Assembly: GCA_964016885.1 (NCBI GenBank)
Contig: OZ024741.1
Span: 33,294,001 to 33,358,000, forward strand
From: Eledone cirrhosa
Taxonomy: Eukaryota
Length of the DNA stretch: 64,000 bases
Reading direction: 5' to 3'
Position numbers and translations under genes: made by a program. This document shows positions 34,382-49,747 of this stretch, piece after piece (position 1 is the first letter of the stretch; each line of letters opens with the position of its first letter). Below the pieces are notes generated by a model, which had not been told where the DNA came from, did no database searches, and saw only the letters and a program-made list of their open reading frames with translations.

Positions 34382-35120
34382 CGAGGTTGGGAGATAAATA
34401 GATATTAGGTACATAAGTAGTCGAGTAGATAAGAATATATATAAAGAGAGAGAGAGAGGGAGAGAGAGAGAGAAGAGAGGGAGAAAGAAATAGTGGAGAA
34501 GACACAGAAAAGATAGAGAGAGGGGGTGTTGTGATTTTGTATGTATTTAGTTAGAGGGTTTCATCTGGATTCGACAATATATTTCTATAAAAGTATCTTA
34601 ACGCATGCACGCAATCATATATATTCATGCGCGTGTGTGTCTGTGTGTGGAGAATGCGTGTGAGTGTGTGTAAATATGTGTGTGTGTGTGTAAATATGTA
34701 TGTTGTGTGTGTGTATAAATATGTGTGTTTTGTGTGTGTGTGTATGGAGAATGCACGTGTGTGTGTGTAAATATGTGTGGTGTGTGTGTGTGTGTGTAAA
34801 TATGTGTTGTGTGTGTGTGTGTGTGTGTGTGTGTATGGAGAATGCGCGTATGTGTGTGTAAATATGTGTGTGTGGAGAATGCGCGTGAGTGTTTGTAAAT
34901 ATGTGTTGTGTGTGTGTGTGTATGGAGAATGCACATGAGTGTGTGTAAATATATGTTGTGTGTGTTCATATATATACATATATAAATGTATTGAGAGGGG
35001 GGGGGGGAATAATAGACTGAGATCAATAGACGCAGGACTGTTCTACTCTTTCTTCGTTGTGCACATATATAGGTGTGTGTGTGTATTTTGGGCGTGTATA
35101 TATATATATATATATATGTA

Positions 35121-35173
<53 letters not shown>

Positions 35174-35314
35174 ATATGTATGTCTATATATATATGTATG
35201 TATGTATATATATATATATTTATACATATATATATTATATATATTGTTACACATACATATATACATGATATCGATATATATAGACATACATATACATATA
35301 TATATATATATTTA

Positions 35315-35364
<50 letters not shown>

Positions 35365-35684
35365 TTACATCCACATATACATGTATATATACTGTGTGCA
35401 AGTATACATATTGATAAATGGGCGGGTTTTGGTATTTGCTGTCTGTTGTAAATCACGAATTGCAAGGAAGCAAGAACCAATATTTGCGATGCATGTAGAT
35501 TTGTGTTTACATACCCTTACATATCACCACATATATACAGATTCGCGAACACACAGACACACACATACACACATACACATATGTGTGTGTGTGTGTGTGT
35601 GTATACATATATATACTATATATGTGTGTGTATATGTATATATATATATACATACACATACGCACACACACACACACACATATA

Positions 35685-35842
35685 TAACAAAGGAATAGTG
35701 GTAAGGAACCAGATGGACCATAACGCACCAGAGTACTCAATACTTAGGGTAGTAGAGTGGGAAACAGGAAAAAATAAGACCCCGACGGCAGAGCTCAAAC
35801 CGTTTCGACGGCATAAGCTCTGCCGTCGGGGTCTTACTTTTT

Positions 35843-35845
<3 letters not shown>
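35685..35845. mobile_element. Short element with terminal inverted duplication (family also at 32595, 48091, 54111)
   Basis: aagaccccgacggcagagct ... agctctgccgtcggggtctt; bounded by (TA)n. Confidence 0.8.
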
Positions 35846-35897
<52 letters not shown>

Positions 35898-35900
<3 letters not shown>

Positions 35901-35984
35901 AGGAGCTTCTACAGGACTAGTACTGTTTCATTCAGGAAGATTTCATCTGAATGAAACAGTACTAGTCCTGTAGAAGCTCCTTCT
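35898..35984. repeat. Perfect palindrome, 38-bp arms, 11-nt loop
   Basis: agaaggagcttctacaggactagtactgtttcattcag / ctgaatgaaacagtactagtcctgtagaagctccttct; single-arm homolog at ~54580-54625. Confidence 0.9.
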
Positions 35985-36067
35985 ATAAAATAAAATAAAA
36001 ATTTACTCTGCCTTGTATTGAGTACCTTACTTACTGTGGTTATCCCCGACTCAACCCGGGACCTACG

Positions 36068-36108
<41 letters not shown>

Positions 36109-36113
36109 ATGTA

Positions 36114-36153
<40 letters not shown>

Positions 36154-36207
36154 TACACACACACACACGCATACATATATATATATATATACATTACACA
36201 CACACAC

Positions 36208-36286
<79 letters not shown>

Positions 36287-36560
36287 CATACACACAGGCT
36301 GTCTCACGCAGGTGGACACGCGTATTGTGTAGTCAGCACAGGCTGCTGTGAGTGATTTATAGATTTAAGCCAAGTATATTGACGACTTCTCTGTAACCAA
36401 TAACTTACTGTGTTGAAGATTTTGAGACTCTTTAGAAGTTTTTCTTTTTGCTCCACTCCTTTTCTCTCCATCTCACCATCTATTTCTGGCGCTCACACAT
36501 GCACACATATATACATGTGTGTATATTCATCCATTTGTGTATATGCATGGGTGAGTGTGC

Positions 36561-36669
<109 letters not shown>

Positions 36670-36993
36670 GTATCCTATGGTATAAATCAAGCAACTGTAA
36701 GCAATATGTTGGGAATGTCGCTACGGTCAAGCATATATTGTCGATTGAACGAAATATTTACGTCCAGATTGTTCCCATATTTAACTAACATGTAACAAAA
36801 ACATATTCCACACATAGGATTGTCGGGAGAAAAGTCGATTGGCTGACCAAGATACTCTCATGAAATAACCAAATGAGGTATATTTTTCAATATAGTCCCT
36901 GGAAAGAAATAATGTATTCATTAACTGATGCAAGATTTCGCAGCCTAGTATTACCGCTTCATAGTCAGTCAATGAAATGTTCAGTACAACCAC

Positions 36994-37054
<61 letters not shown>

Positions 37055-37227
37055 GGAATAGAATCAAACGAAATTTCATTTCTCACTCTTAGTACGGCAG
37101 TTACTTAAATGTAAGTATGTATGTATGTATACGTACATACATATATGTATACAGACGTACAGTAGTATGTATATATATACATACATGCACACATATATAT
37201 ATGCACGTATCGGTTTACCGAACATTT

Positions 37228-37368
37228 ATTATAATTGTTTCTACTTTAGGCACAAGGCCAGCAATTATCCAGTGCATTACTGGTACTTTATTTTATCGAC
37301 CCCGTAAGGATGAAAGGCAAAGTCAACCTCGGCGGGATTTGAACTCAGATCGTAAAGGGACGTAACTA
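37228..37368 (-). mobile_element. 5'-truncated SINE
   Basis: Same consensus. Confidence 0.8.
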
Positions 37369-37397
37369 AACACGATTTCATATCAAAAACCTCGCAA

Positions 37398-37443
<46 letters not shown>

Positions 37444-37664
37444 AATATAATTTTACCGAGAATCGCATTTCGGCGAGTAGAAATTAGCGAAACGCAACTT
37501 CCGAATTGTGTTGGCGAGCGCTCAATGGGTATGAATATACCAGAGCTATAAACATAAGTTAAGAAGGCCATACAAAACTGAGACGATGGTTAAGAAGCCA
37601 TTAACCACCTAAGCCAAAAAAGCGAGCAAGCTAAGCGGGCAAACAAAATAAGAAAAGATTGAAA

Positions 37665-37696
<32 letters not shown>

Positions 37697-38139
37697 CGTA
37701 AAATAATGGGAAGAACTCAATGCAAGGAAGCTGTTAAAACAGCAGAAGGCCGTCAATGACAGCATCTTGTAAAATTTAGCTCAGAGGATAGAAAACAGCG
37801 ACTAGGAGTGTGTTGGTGTGCAGAAGTGATAGGAACAAAGAAAAGGAAGAAAATGGGCGAAAGATCACACAGAAATTTAAATACACTCAATAGCTATCAG
37901 ACCTGCTCTGGCTTCGACGATTTAACTAAAAGTACCACGTAAAATAGACGACTCGTGCAACAGAGAGAAAAAATTTCTGTTGGATTGATGTTTGTGATAA
38001 AAACGAACAGATTAGATAGACAGACAGATAGGGCAGAGTGAGAGAATAAAATACGTCCCCTCAGCATCAGGTCGCTGTCTGAAAAGACAAGAAAGACCCT
38101 GGCTGAGGAGGTCGTAGCTCTAACAAATCTACCAAGCCG

Positions 38140-38372
38140 CCGTCCCGACAATGATAATAAAGAGTATAAAAAAACTTGCAAAATATAAAGATATAGAAAC
38201 CGGATGTAGAACCTTAAAACCCAAACTATTCCGGTAGTTACTGTGGTACTAGATGTCATAAAGAAAGGTGATCAAAGGTTTCTAGAAAACATACCTAGTA
38301 AACCCAACAACTATGAAATCCAAAAGATAGTTCTAACAAGTACATATACTTCGTAAAATGTTGTCTTTGTAA
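38140..38372 (+). pseudogene. Degenerate C-terminus of an R4/Dong-like non-LTR ORF
   Basis: KYKDIET...ENIPSKPNNYEIQKIVLTST..LRKMLSL*. Confidence 0.6.
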
Positions 38373-39379
38373 TATATGTCAACACACAATCTTTTCTGTT
38401 TGATTTTTATAGTAAATTTAGTTGGTGTTTAATACCATTAAAATATCTTTAATGTAAAATTAATTCATATCTTTTTATACTCTTTAATAATTCTTTTTAT
38501 CTCCTCCTCCTACTCCTACCTTTTTATAGTTATTTTCTTAGTTTTTAGACTTATTTACTTATCAACTTTTGTGATATGACTTGTTAAGTGAATGTGAGGG
38601 CAGAACAATAAAAACAAGTTATCGGGAGTCAGTGTATATAACACGAAATGGAAGGGAAATGAAAATAATAGCATTGTATGTACGTATGTTATCTCTTTCT
38701 CTTAATTTCTAGTATATTTTTTTGACCGGCCACCTTCCTGGTGGCAAGGTTGTAAAAGAAAAGAAATTGTCATCCCTTGAATCGCAAGAATGTTTTGCAA
38801 ATTTTGACGGTGCCAGCTATCGCAACCATTTGCAGACTGAATTAGGGAGCTGCGCTCTTTGTCCGCAAATCCAAGTTCAGTCATACTTTGGTCCAAGCGG
38901 GTTGGTATATGACCCGTAGCTCCAATAATGTATGTATGTATGTATGTATGTATGTATGTATATATGTATGTATGTATGTATGTATGTAACATGTAGCCCA
39001 GTACAACATGTTGCATGGTCGAGTCATCGGCGACTAAACCGGCAAACCCACCAAGTTTACTTGGCGAGGAGGGTGATTTGGGACACCCTGCACGACAAAA
39101 AAACAAAACCTGACAAAGGGCAAAAGAACTCATATGAGTCAACGGCCATCCAAAAATGTGTAAATATGTATATACGTGTATGCATGTGTATATATATACT
39201 AGCAGAAAAACCGCCGTTCGGCCGGTTTTCTGCTAGCATATATAGTGTGCATATTGGTATTATACGCAAATATATGTGTAAATTGAAAAGTAAATTGACA
39301 ATATCTTCTTCGCCCACTTATTTCTGAGAGGGTGGTGGGGGCCAATTCTTTCTCAAAAACTCCTTCCAGCGAGTTTGTC

Positions 39380-39950
39380 AGAAGCAAACATCTCTAACTG
39401 ATCCAGCTGGATCCCAAAGCGCGACCAACCAAGCTCATGGATGTTATCCAACTATTTTGCTCAGGGTCTACCTCTGGATCTCTTGCCGGTTGGTTTTGCC
39501 TGTAAAATGTGTTCAGCGATTCTTTACTGAGACATTCTAGCCACATGCTCCTAATATCGGAGTTGTGATCTCTCAATTCGGAGAAGTAGCGGCTCTACCA
39601 GGAGTGACTCTCTGGTCTCTGAGTTATGCACTTTATCAAGTAAAGTTACTCCAAAGACCCTTCGGAAGAATCCCATTCCTGCCGCTTTTATTTGCAATTG
39701 TATTCTTTTGGTCATTACTCAAGATTCATGATCCTCGGTAAGAGTTGGCAGGAATACCAGGAAGACAGTGAGTTTGGCTTTTACACCTACCCCCTTCTTC
39801 TGATTGATGAATGCTGAGGCTGGCGCATTACTGCATCAGCTTTTGCAATTCTTGCACTTAATTCAGCCTCCTGCATTCCATCACTCATGAACACGGCTCC
39901 AAGATACTTGAACTTCTCTAACTGCTTCAGTAGAACTCCATTCACATGTA
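39380..39950 (-). pseudogene. RTE-like RT C-terminal fragment
   Basis: VNGVLLKQLEKFKYLGAVFMSDGMQEAELSARIAKADAVMR. Confidence 0.8.
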
Positions 39951-40134
39951 TATAGGGACTTCTGTCCACCCGTCCATCACACAATGTGTTTGTGTGAAAG
40001 TATGTGTGTGTAAAAGGAAGAAAAGGGATACACACATATATGTCTCTAACTTAAAAACAGTGACACACACACGTCTCTAATTTAAGAACACCGACAAACT
40101 CGCGTGTGCACATACACACACTGTCCTATTATCA

Positions 40135-40581
40135 CTCAAGAGCTATGGCCCGGGCAAACATCCCCTCAATTTTGGAATTGCCTGGGTTGTCCAGAATTGA
40201 TGGGAAAACATTTGACGGTCTTACTCTGTGCTCCTGGTCAAGAGGCAGATGCTTACCTGGGACGTCACAGTTAGTGACTCTTTTGCTTCTTCCCACATTC
40301 TGGATGCAGCGGTAAGGGTGAGAACTACAGCATCCGCAGCTGAACGGAACAAAATTCTAAAATACCGTGCTCTGTCAGCTAACTACATTATCCAGCCTGT
40401 GGCGTTCGAGACGTTTGGGGGATTCGGGCTACTGACAGCGAGGTTCCTATCTTCACTGGCGGCTCGCCAAACAGAGGTAACTGGTGATGCTCGTGAGGGC
40501 TCTTGGTTGTTCCAGCACCTCAGCCTCGCCATCACCCCAGGTAACGCCGCGAGCGTGTTGGCCTGCCTCAAAAATTATTAG
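40135..40581 (+). pseudogene. CRE-like non-LTR retrotransposon 3' fragment (restriction-like endonuclease)
   Basis: DGKTFDGLTL..WSRGRCL/TWDVTVSDS...AAERNKILKY...PVAFETFG...LSLAITPGNAASVL; partial duplicate at ~40990-41270. Confidence 0.8.
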
Positions 40582-41662
40582 AGAGGTTTCCCAGTGCTCC
40601 TCGCTATATTGCTATCTTTCGTACTGGTAGCGCTCGTTTTTCCATTCTTTCGACTGCATATTGTTCTATGTGGTCTAAGATGTCGGTATTACGTGCTTGT
40701 GTATTATTTCTCTTTTTTTCCCCTTTCCCTTTCCTTTGTATATATTATATTTGTTAGTGTTTTCGTTCTGTAATCATTATATTAAATTTTTATATAAACG
40801 AGTTTTAAAAAAATAAGAGTTAAACTGTGTTGATAATAAATAAATAAAACGTTGTACTTGTTTTACCCTCCCATTTCCAATTCACCGAACGCTATCATGA
40901 CTGTATGTGTGTGTTTGTGTAAATGTATATGTGTGTTTGTGTGAATGTATGTATGTGTTTGTGTGAGAATATGTGTATTTGTGTGAATGGAACGTCACAG
41001 TGAGTGACTCTTGCTTCTTCCCACATCCTGGATGCAGCGGTAAGGGTGAAAGCTACAACATATATATTACATTTGTTTGTGTTTTCGTTCTGTAATCATT
41101 ATATTAAATTTTTATACAAATGAGCTTAAAAAAAAAAAGTTAAACTATGTTGTTAATAAATAAATAAAACGTTATACTTGTTTTACCCTCACGTTTCCAA
41201 TTCACCGAACGCTATCATGACTGTATGTGTGTGTTTGTGTAAATGTATATGTGTGAATGTGTGTTTGTGTGTGAAAGTATGTGTATTTATCTGAATGTAT
41301 GTCCGTGGGGTGTATTTTTATAAATTTGTGTTTGCGTGCTTATAGTTATATACTCATACATATAGATGTATGTATGTGCACTAACATACGCGTCTCAATC
41401 TCTCATCCCAAACTCTCTCTCTTTTTATATATATGGCAGTTGAAGTGGCAGTGGTAGCGACGATATACCGGAAGTCTAGAAATTTGTAACTTTGAAAAGA
41501 AGTCAATTTTGAATTATTTATAAATACGAAATTTAGTTACGAAATTTAGTACATCAATTTTGTAATATTGATTCATTCAAAGTAATCGAACTTATTTTAC
41601 AAATGGGATAAAAATATTTATTCTGGATGCAGTCCCGCACTCTTTACTTTATTATAGTTTAG

Positions 41663-41699
<37 letters not shown>

Positions 41700-42874
41700 C
41701 ACAAAAATAATCGGGCTGAATACCCGATCGCGCGGTTAAACCACTGGGAGTGAAGGACCCCTAGCCTTTGTCATGGCATTCTTCTAGGAGAAGGCAACTC
41801 AGGAAACTGGGATAACTCCGACATAAAACCTGTAGCTCAGTAGTTACCGATGATGTTGATCTTTTCTTCTTTTCAGGTTATAGCTACTGTCGCTTAGAGA
41901 GTGGGATTGGCTCAGTGCACAGTCTTTCCTCACTTTAAAAAATATCTTCATGCACAGGCATTGAATGATAGCATTAATTGATAATTATTAATAATGTTAT
42001 ATCGTGCAAGGCCATACTCGATAACGAGGGGGCAGCCCTCATGTATGTATGAATGTATATATGTATGTATGTATATATGTGTGTATGTATGTCCTTCTGG
42101 TTTTATAAAATTATAAAACCAGAAGAGAGTCGGTTTCTAACATAGACACAAGACTCATTGGAATTTACACATCAACTAGGTAGATATGTCTTCGTGTCTG
42201 CAGCATGCATGTGTGTGCAGGTATGGATGTTAATGTATGTGTGGATGTATATTATCTGGGTTATATGTGTGCATGTGCATATGCTTTGTGTCTGTACATG
42301 TGTATATATGCAGCGGTGTTTATGTATGTATGTATGTATGTATGTATGTATGTATGTATGTATGTATGTATGTATGTGTTTTGTATGTATGTATGTATGT
42401 ATGTATGTATGTATGTATGTATGTATGTATGTATGTATGTGTGTATATATACAATTCCGACTTATAATGATATATATTATATGAAATGGGTTCCGAAATT
42501 TCTAAAATTTTACCAATTTTTCTTAATATTGTTTTAGTATATTTAATAGTTAATTATATATTTTAAACATTGAAACACGTTTTTCTTTTGACTTGACAAA
42601 ATATAATTTAAACATCTTTTAGTCTTATGTAGACATCACAGAAATAGGTCGTTATAATCTTATATGTTGTCTGCATTGGTGTTTGACGTGGTGATGACGT
42701 CATGCCATGACATCAGGAAATATATCATTGATATCTGGTACGACTTCTAACGTCTGGATTTCAAGATGTTATATCAGAGTATGATCATTATGTTTTCACT
42801 TCTTTGCTAATTCTTACTCTCGGGTCTCGAATAATCGTCCCTCACCACCCGCTTATTAAGGTTTCAGAGATTTT

Positions 42875-42911
<37 letters not shown>

Positions 42912-43949
42912 GCTTTTATTCCAATGCTGCACAGAACGAAGCAATGTCTGGACGATTGTACGATGTGTGTAATTCACTAAAATAGATTCACAGCTCCCAC
43001 TCCTTCATTGAATGACAAATTGAGGTTTATTTTTCAACATAGTCCCTGAAAAGAAACAATGGAATTATTAATAGGAAAAGTTGAAACTAATGCATGCAAG
43101 ATTTCGCAGCTTCAGCATCACTCGTTCATAGTCAGTCATTGAACTTTTCAGCCTACACTCGTACATTATATTTGTGAAAATATACTGAGTTGAGTTACAA
43201 TAATAATAATGAAATTATTGTGTACAGTGCTCAGGTGCACTACAACCCATCAAAGGTGCTTGTATAGTACATTGAGTAATGTAAAAGTGTCAGGAAAGTG
43301 AACAGTGTATGAGTCATTATATGTATGTGTGCGTGTGTATGGAGGAGAGGCGATATTCAGGTGTAGTGTTGCCGAATTTCAGGAAGCATGAAAGTTTTAA
43401 AGGATGCAGTGTCTCAGCAGCTAACAACTGATTCAGGTAGTTTGTCCCATGCTTCAGCATGGAATCTAAAAAAATAACTGGGATGAGTTACCAATGGAAG
43501 GCAATTGTATGGCTCAAGTAAGGCTCTTCTAAAGTATCATAGCACAAACAATTGTATCTTCATTATAACCTTCTTTGCACGAAGCGCCTCTCAATAATAC
43601 ACGAACAACGATTTGCGTCTAGATATTTCCTATGCAATGCCACTCAAAAGAATTTTAAACAACCTTTTGCTTTTCTAAAATCAGGATCAGAATCTCTTCA
43701 TAGATGTACGTTACACAGGGCTATATTTTTCCAATAAAGCTCCTTTCAGTTTATGTTAAAATCAAAGCCTTGATCATAGTAGCTGTATCTATTTAGTGGA
43801 ATGTTACTCTTCGGAGTTAAACACATTGTAAGGCATTCCAAGTTATAAAAACTTATATGGATGGAATACGATACATTAATTCATATATATTATGATGCAT
43901 TACATCCAATTGCATATAAACAGATATATATGGAACAAATATAAAACGC

Positions 43950-44926
<977 letters not shown>

Positions 44927-45332
44927 GCACACAAACACACACATACACACGTCAATATTTCTATATATCTAAATGAATGCTTCACTATACTTGCCCATTA
45001 TCACTGCTTAACTCGACATGACTCAGTTGAAATGAAAGATGTCCGCCTTTATAGGCACTTTATGAAGCCGAATGTAATAATAAAAGACGGGCGACCAGCA
45101 GTCCATGTCATAGGACAGAGGACTTACTACAACTACTCTCTTTAAACTAAATATTATCAAGGTTCATAGCTATGCTGTCATTCATCTATGAATTCCAACA
45201 TGTTTAAGCCTTCGCATAATCATACACTGTATATATGCCTTACACATTGGACAGGAACTTCCTGTTTTCAGCCATTAGAAATGGGAACAATCTTCCTGAA
45301 ATTATATATATCTTTGTATGTATGTGTGTATG

Positions 45333-45370
<38 letters not shown>

Positions 45371-45372
45371 TC

Positions 45373-45502
<130 letters not shown>

Positions 45503-45504
45503 TC

Positions 45505-45600
<96 letters not shown>

Positions 45601-45602
45601 TC

Positions 45603-45685
<83 letters not shown>

Positions 45686-45686
45686 A

Positions 45687-45717
<31 letters not shown>

Positions 45718-45913
45718 GTATATATGTGTGTGCGTATATATATATATATATATGTTTACAATTGTGTGTATATATGTACGTGTGTATGTATGTATTTACA
45801 TATATATACACACTATACACACGCACACTTTAATCCACATAGTCATGAATACACATATATTTCATATAATGACATAAACCAAATGAATGCTATCTATCTA
45901 ATACACACACACA

Positions 45914-46003
<90 letters not shown>

Positions 46004-46799
46004 TGTATATGGTGGCTGCCAACTCGTTTTCGAGTACGGCCACTACTTTATATCCATGTAGGAGAACCCCTACCGATGCGCTAAACAAGTGTGACTTTTA
46101 GTCCAGCCAGCGACTTGAAAACTCTGGTACAAACACTACACCTGTGACAATTATTGACACATAGTGTTGGGCCTTTGGTACCATGTGACGACAAGTGTAG
46201 AGAGATCTCCAGATATAAAGCAATGCCTGTGCCGTGAAGCTTTTATAGTGAGCAAAGGCACTGCACAAAGCCAGTCCCACTCTCTTAACCAAGATGATAT
46301 TTACCAAAAAGAAGAATAAGTCAACATCATTGGATACCATCAGGGTTGCAGGTGTTATATCAGAGTTTTCCTTCTCTCAGAATTCCGCCTTGACAAAGGC
46401 TAAGGGGTCATCTCTCCCGGTGATTTTGGATGGCCATTGACTCTAAAGAGCTCCTTTGCCAGGTTTTGTTTTTAGTCCTGCAGGATGTCCAAAGTCACCC
46501 TCCTCACCAAGAAACCTTGGTGGGGTTGCCAGTTTAGTCGCCAACGACCCGACCATGGGACAGGTTGTACTGGGATACATGTTACCAGTAGCACCAACTG
46601 GTGACCTGACATTTATGTATATATATATATATATATACACACACATGCACACTCACCCATGCATATACATAAATAGACAAATATACATACATGTATATAT
46701 GTGTATGTGTGCATGTGTGAGTGCCAGAAATAGATGGTGAGATATATATATATATACACACACACACACAAACATCCCAAATTAACCCGTACAGTGTCT

Positions 46800-47199
46800 A
46801 GCAACCATCGTTGCCATTTTGTTCAAAACTGACAAAAGAATGATGTACTAGTTTCAAGCTTATTAGCTATCGTCAGCACCGTATACCTTCCTGCTAGATG
46901 ATTGAACGTCTGAAAGTATATACTTTCCTTATGCATATTAACGGCTGAGCAGCCTAATTTGCATATCGAGTGAGTTAATCGGCCGGGCACACCGAAAACG
47001 ATAAACGGAAAAAATGAAACGAAATTTCATTTCTCACTCCTAGTACGGCTGTTACTTAAAAATAAGTATGTATACGTACATACATATATGTATACAGACG
47101 TACAGTAGTATGTATATATATACATACATACATGCACACATATATATATGTACGTACTAAGAGTGAGAAATGAAATTTCGTTTCATTTTTTCCGTTTAT
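46800..47199. mobile_element. Dispersed repeat with terminal inverted duplication (47001-47047 / 47153-47199)
   Basis: ataaacggaaaaaatgaaacgaaatttcatttctcactc.. mirrored; homologous to 59020-59560. Confidence 0.75.
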
Positions 47200-47258
47200 A
47201 CATATAAAGTTTTATTTGTACTGCCTCTCTGTGTTTGTTCCCGTCCATGTTTTCCCTA

Positions 47259-47359
<101 letters not shown>

Positions 47360-47580
47360 GATGAGAGAATGAGAGAGAGAGAAGAGAGGTAACATCCCGA
47401 CCGCGGTACCGCGCCAAGCGGTTTCACCTTATTTGTTGAATAAACTTTGAAAGGTCTTGTAACATCTTGCTGAACACACAAGCCGAGACCGCTTGGCACC
47501 TCGGTTGGGGTTTTACATATCGCTATACCCACATTGCATCTCCCCATGCATTGAGTACTCCCGTATATATATATATATAT

Positions 47581-47756
47581 ATTAAAATAACAGATTAAAG
47601 TTTCAGCAACGAATCGCTGCTTTCACCCTTAACGGGATCTTCTGAAACTTTAATTTGTTATTTTAATGAATATTTGCTCTACGGTTTTTATATATATTTA
47701 TATATATATTATCCTTATCGAGCCCTCTTTGGATTATAGTTTTCACATTTATTATT

Positions 47757-47760
<4 letters not shown>
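47581..47760. mobile_element. Short element with 26-bp inverted arms enclosing a hammerhead-like motif on -
   Basis: attaaaataacagattaaagtttcag / ctgaaactttaatttgttattttaat; loop on - reads CAGAAGA-UCCC(guuaa)GGGU-GAAA-GCAGCGA(u)UCGUUGC; homolog at ~2628-2680. Confidence 0.65.
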
Positions 47761-47807
<47 letters not shown>

Positions 47808-48030
47808 AAAAAAAAAAAAAAACTGTATCACATACACATGTTCAGTTTATTACATCATACTGTTATGAACATTTCAAAGACACCAAAGTCGTTATGCAAC
47901 AAATATTTGATTTCATTTTGTTCTTGTTTTTTATATGATCGCCATAGTATGGAAATCGATTTGACTGTCCGGCTACGTCTGATTACACTACAGTTGGTCG
48001 ATTGCTTGACCAAACAACACTGAATATTTG

Positions 48031-48090
<60 letters not shown>

Positions 48091-48097
<7 letters not shown>

Positions 48098-48275
48098 AGA
48101 TTCAAGACACCGACGACTGAGCTCCGACCGTTTCGACAGCTAGATCGGATCTAGCTGTCGAAACGGCCGGAGCTCAGTCGTCGGGGTCCTGAATCATTTC
48201 ACATTACCCACTCTACTACCCCAAGTATCGAGTACTCTGGTGGATTATAGTATAGCTGGTTTTTACCACACCCTA

Positions 48276-48280
<5 letters not shown>
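48091..48280. mobile_element. Fold-back element (arms 48091-48203)
   Basis: ccgtttcgacagctagatc-g-gatctagctgtcgaaacgg centre. Confidence 0.85.
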
Positions 48281-48310
<30 letters not shown>

Positions 48311-48315
<5 letters not shown>

Positions 48316-48750
48316 GATATTAACAAATGGAAACTATATTTATAAAACCATATTTATTTCATTATACATATTTCAAGGATACTAAGTTAAATTATGGTAT
48401 GCCTTCATCAGACAAAATACAATATATACCAGTTTTATAAATAAACATTGACGTACCCTTTCAAAATGCGACCGTTACTGATGTCTTCCAAAAGTAACGG
48501 TCGCATTTTGAAAGGGTACGTCAATGTTTATTTATAAAACTGGTATATATTGTATTTTGTCTGATGAAGGCATACCATAATTTAACTTGGTATCCTTGAA
48601 ATATGTATAATGAAATAAATATGGTTTTATAAATATAGTTTCCATTTGTTAATATCGTATATCTACTCCAAATACTTGTCGAGTGCTTTATATTAGTTAT
48701 AAAAATATTTACTTGTTGTATCCCAACAATTTAAATAGAACTTTTGCATA
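48311..48750. mobile_element. Fold-back element, ~168-bp near-perfect arms (48311-48479 / 48493-48662), hammerhead in both arms
   Basis: One mismatch seen between arms; 13-nt loop; (TA)n on both sides; homologs at ~1275-1362 and ~33080-33220. Confidence 0.9.
48554..48616 (+). ncRNA. Type I hammerhead motif (mirror copy at 48356-48418 on -)
   Basis: AUUUUGU-CUGAUGA-AGGcAUACCA(..)UGGUAUCCU-UGAAA-UA(ug)UA-UA-AUGAAAU. Confidence 0.7.
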
Positions 48751-49319
48751 TATATATATATATATATATATGCAAAACGTAAACGGAAGCAACAAAGCAA
48801 TGCAGTGAAGAAATATATTATTTTAACGCTTGATATAGTGGGAAAACTGTTTATACGTTCTTCACCAGGAGATAGAATGAGAAATAAAAGATGAAAGCGC
48901 GTGTATATTCAGTCAGCCATTTTGGAGAAATGCTGGTCAGTGGGTATCTTCGGTAAAGGAGTGATTTAGAAAGGGAGTTAATCATTGAATATTTTGAGCG
49001 TATATGATTGTACATGCGTGCGTATGTGTTCATCTGTAGTTTTGTTCGTTTGTCTTTGTAAAGGGGTGACTAATGGTCATAGACGTTGAACCGTAACAGA
49101 GCTGGTTGCGGTGAGTGTATTGAGGTGGGAGTGTGCGCGCGTGCATGGATTGAATAATGCAGGGAAGTATACAAATATGTATATGAATGTCTGCCTGTAT
49201 GTATATATACATACACACATGTAAAAGCAGTCGCATGGGATTGTATAGAAATGGAGGCAGTGGCGAATCGGGCGAAGGAAACAATGTTTCCATTGGTCTT
49301 TTCAATTGCTAATACTATC

Positions 49320-49452
49320 TATCGGTCGCAACTCCAGGTAGAAGGAGCAACATGAAATAAAGTGTCTTGCTCAAGGATATAACGCATCGCCCGGTCAGAG
49401 TATCGAACTCAACCTCACGTTTGCGAATACAATTCTCTAACCACTCAGCCAC
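49320..49452 (-). mobile_element. tRNA-derived SINE of another family
   Basis: gtggctgagtggttag (A box)...gagttcgatac (B box)...tccttgagcaagacacttta. Confidence 0.7.
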
Positions 49453-49688
49453 ACTATTTATATACATATATATATATACTACTAATTTTGAATAAAATTT
49501 TCATTGCTTTTGACAACAGCTGGTGATATGCATGTAAGTAAATATTTTCCTTATCTGTTATTTTGTAACTAACCTTACATAGATCGATAACGAAATATGG
49601 TTACGATGTATTATCATCACCTAGAAACGATCGTAAAGCAGTGAAGTATATTTCTAATGACTTGAATTTTTATTTCATTGTTTTAACT

Positions 49689-49747
<59 letters not shown>

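Noticed and set aside
37445-37520. GCGAAAC..GUU hammerhead-like half (also ~60385-60445)
   Set aside because: The 5' CUGANGA core is absent in both copies
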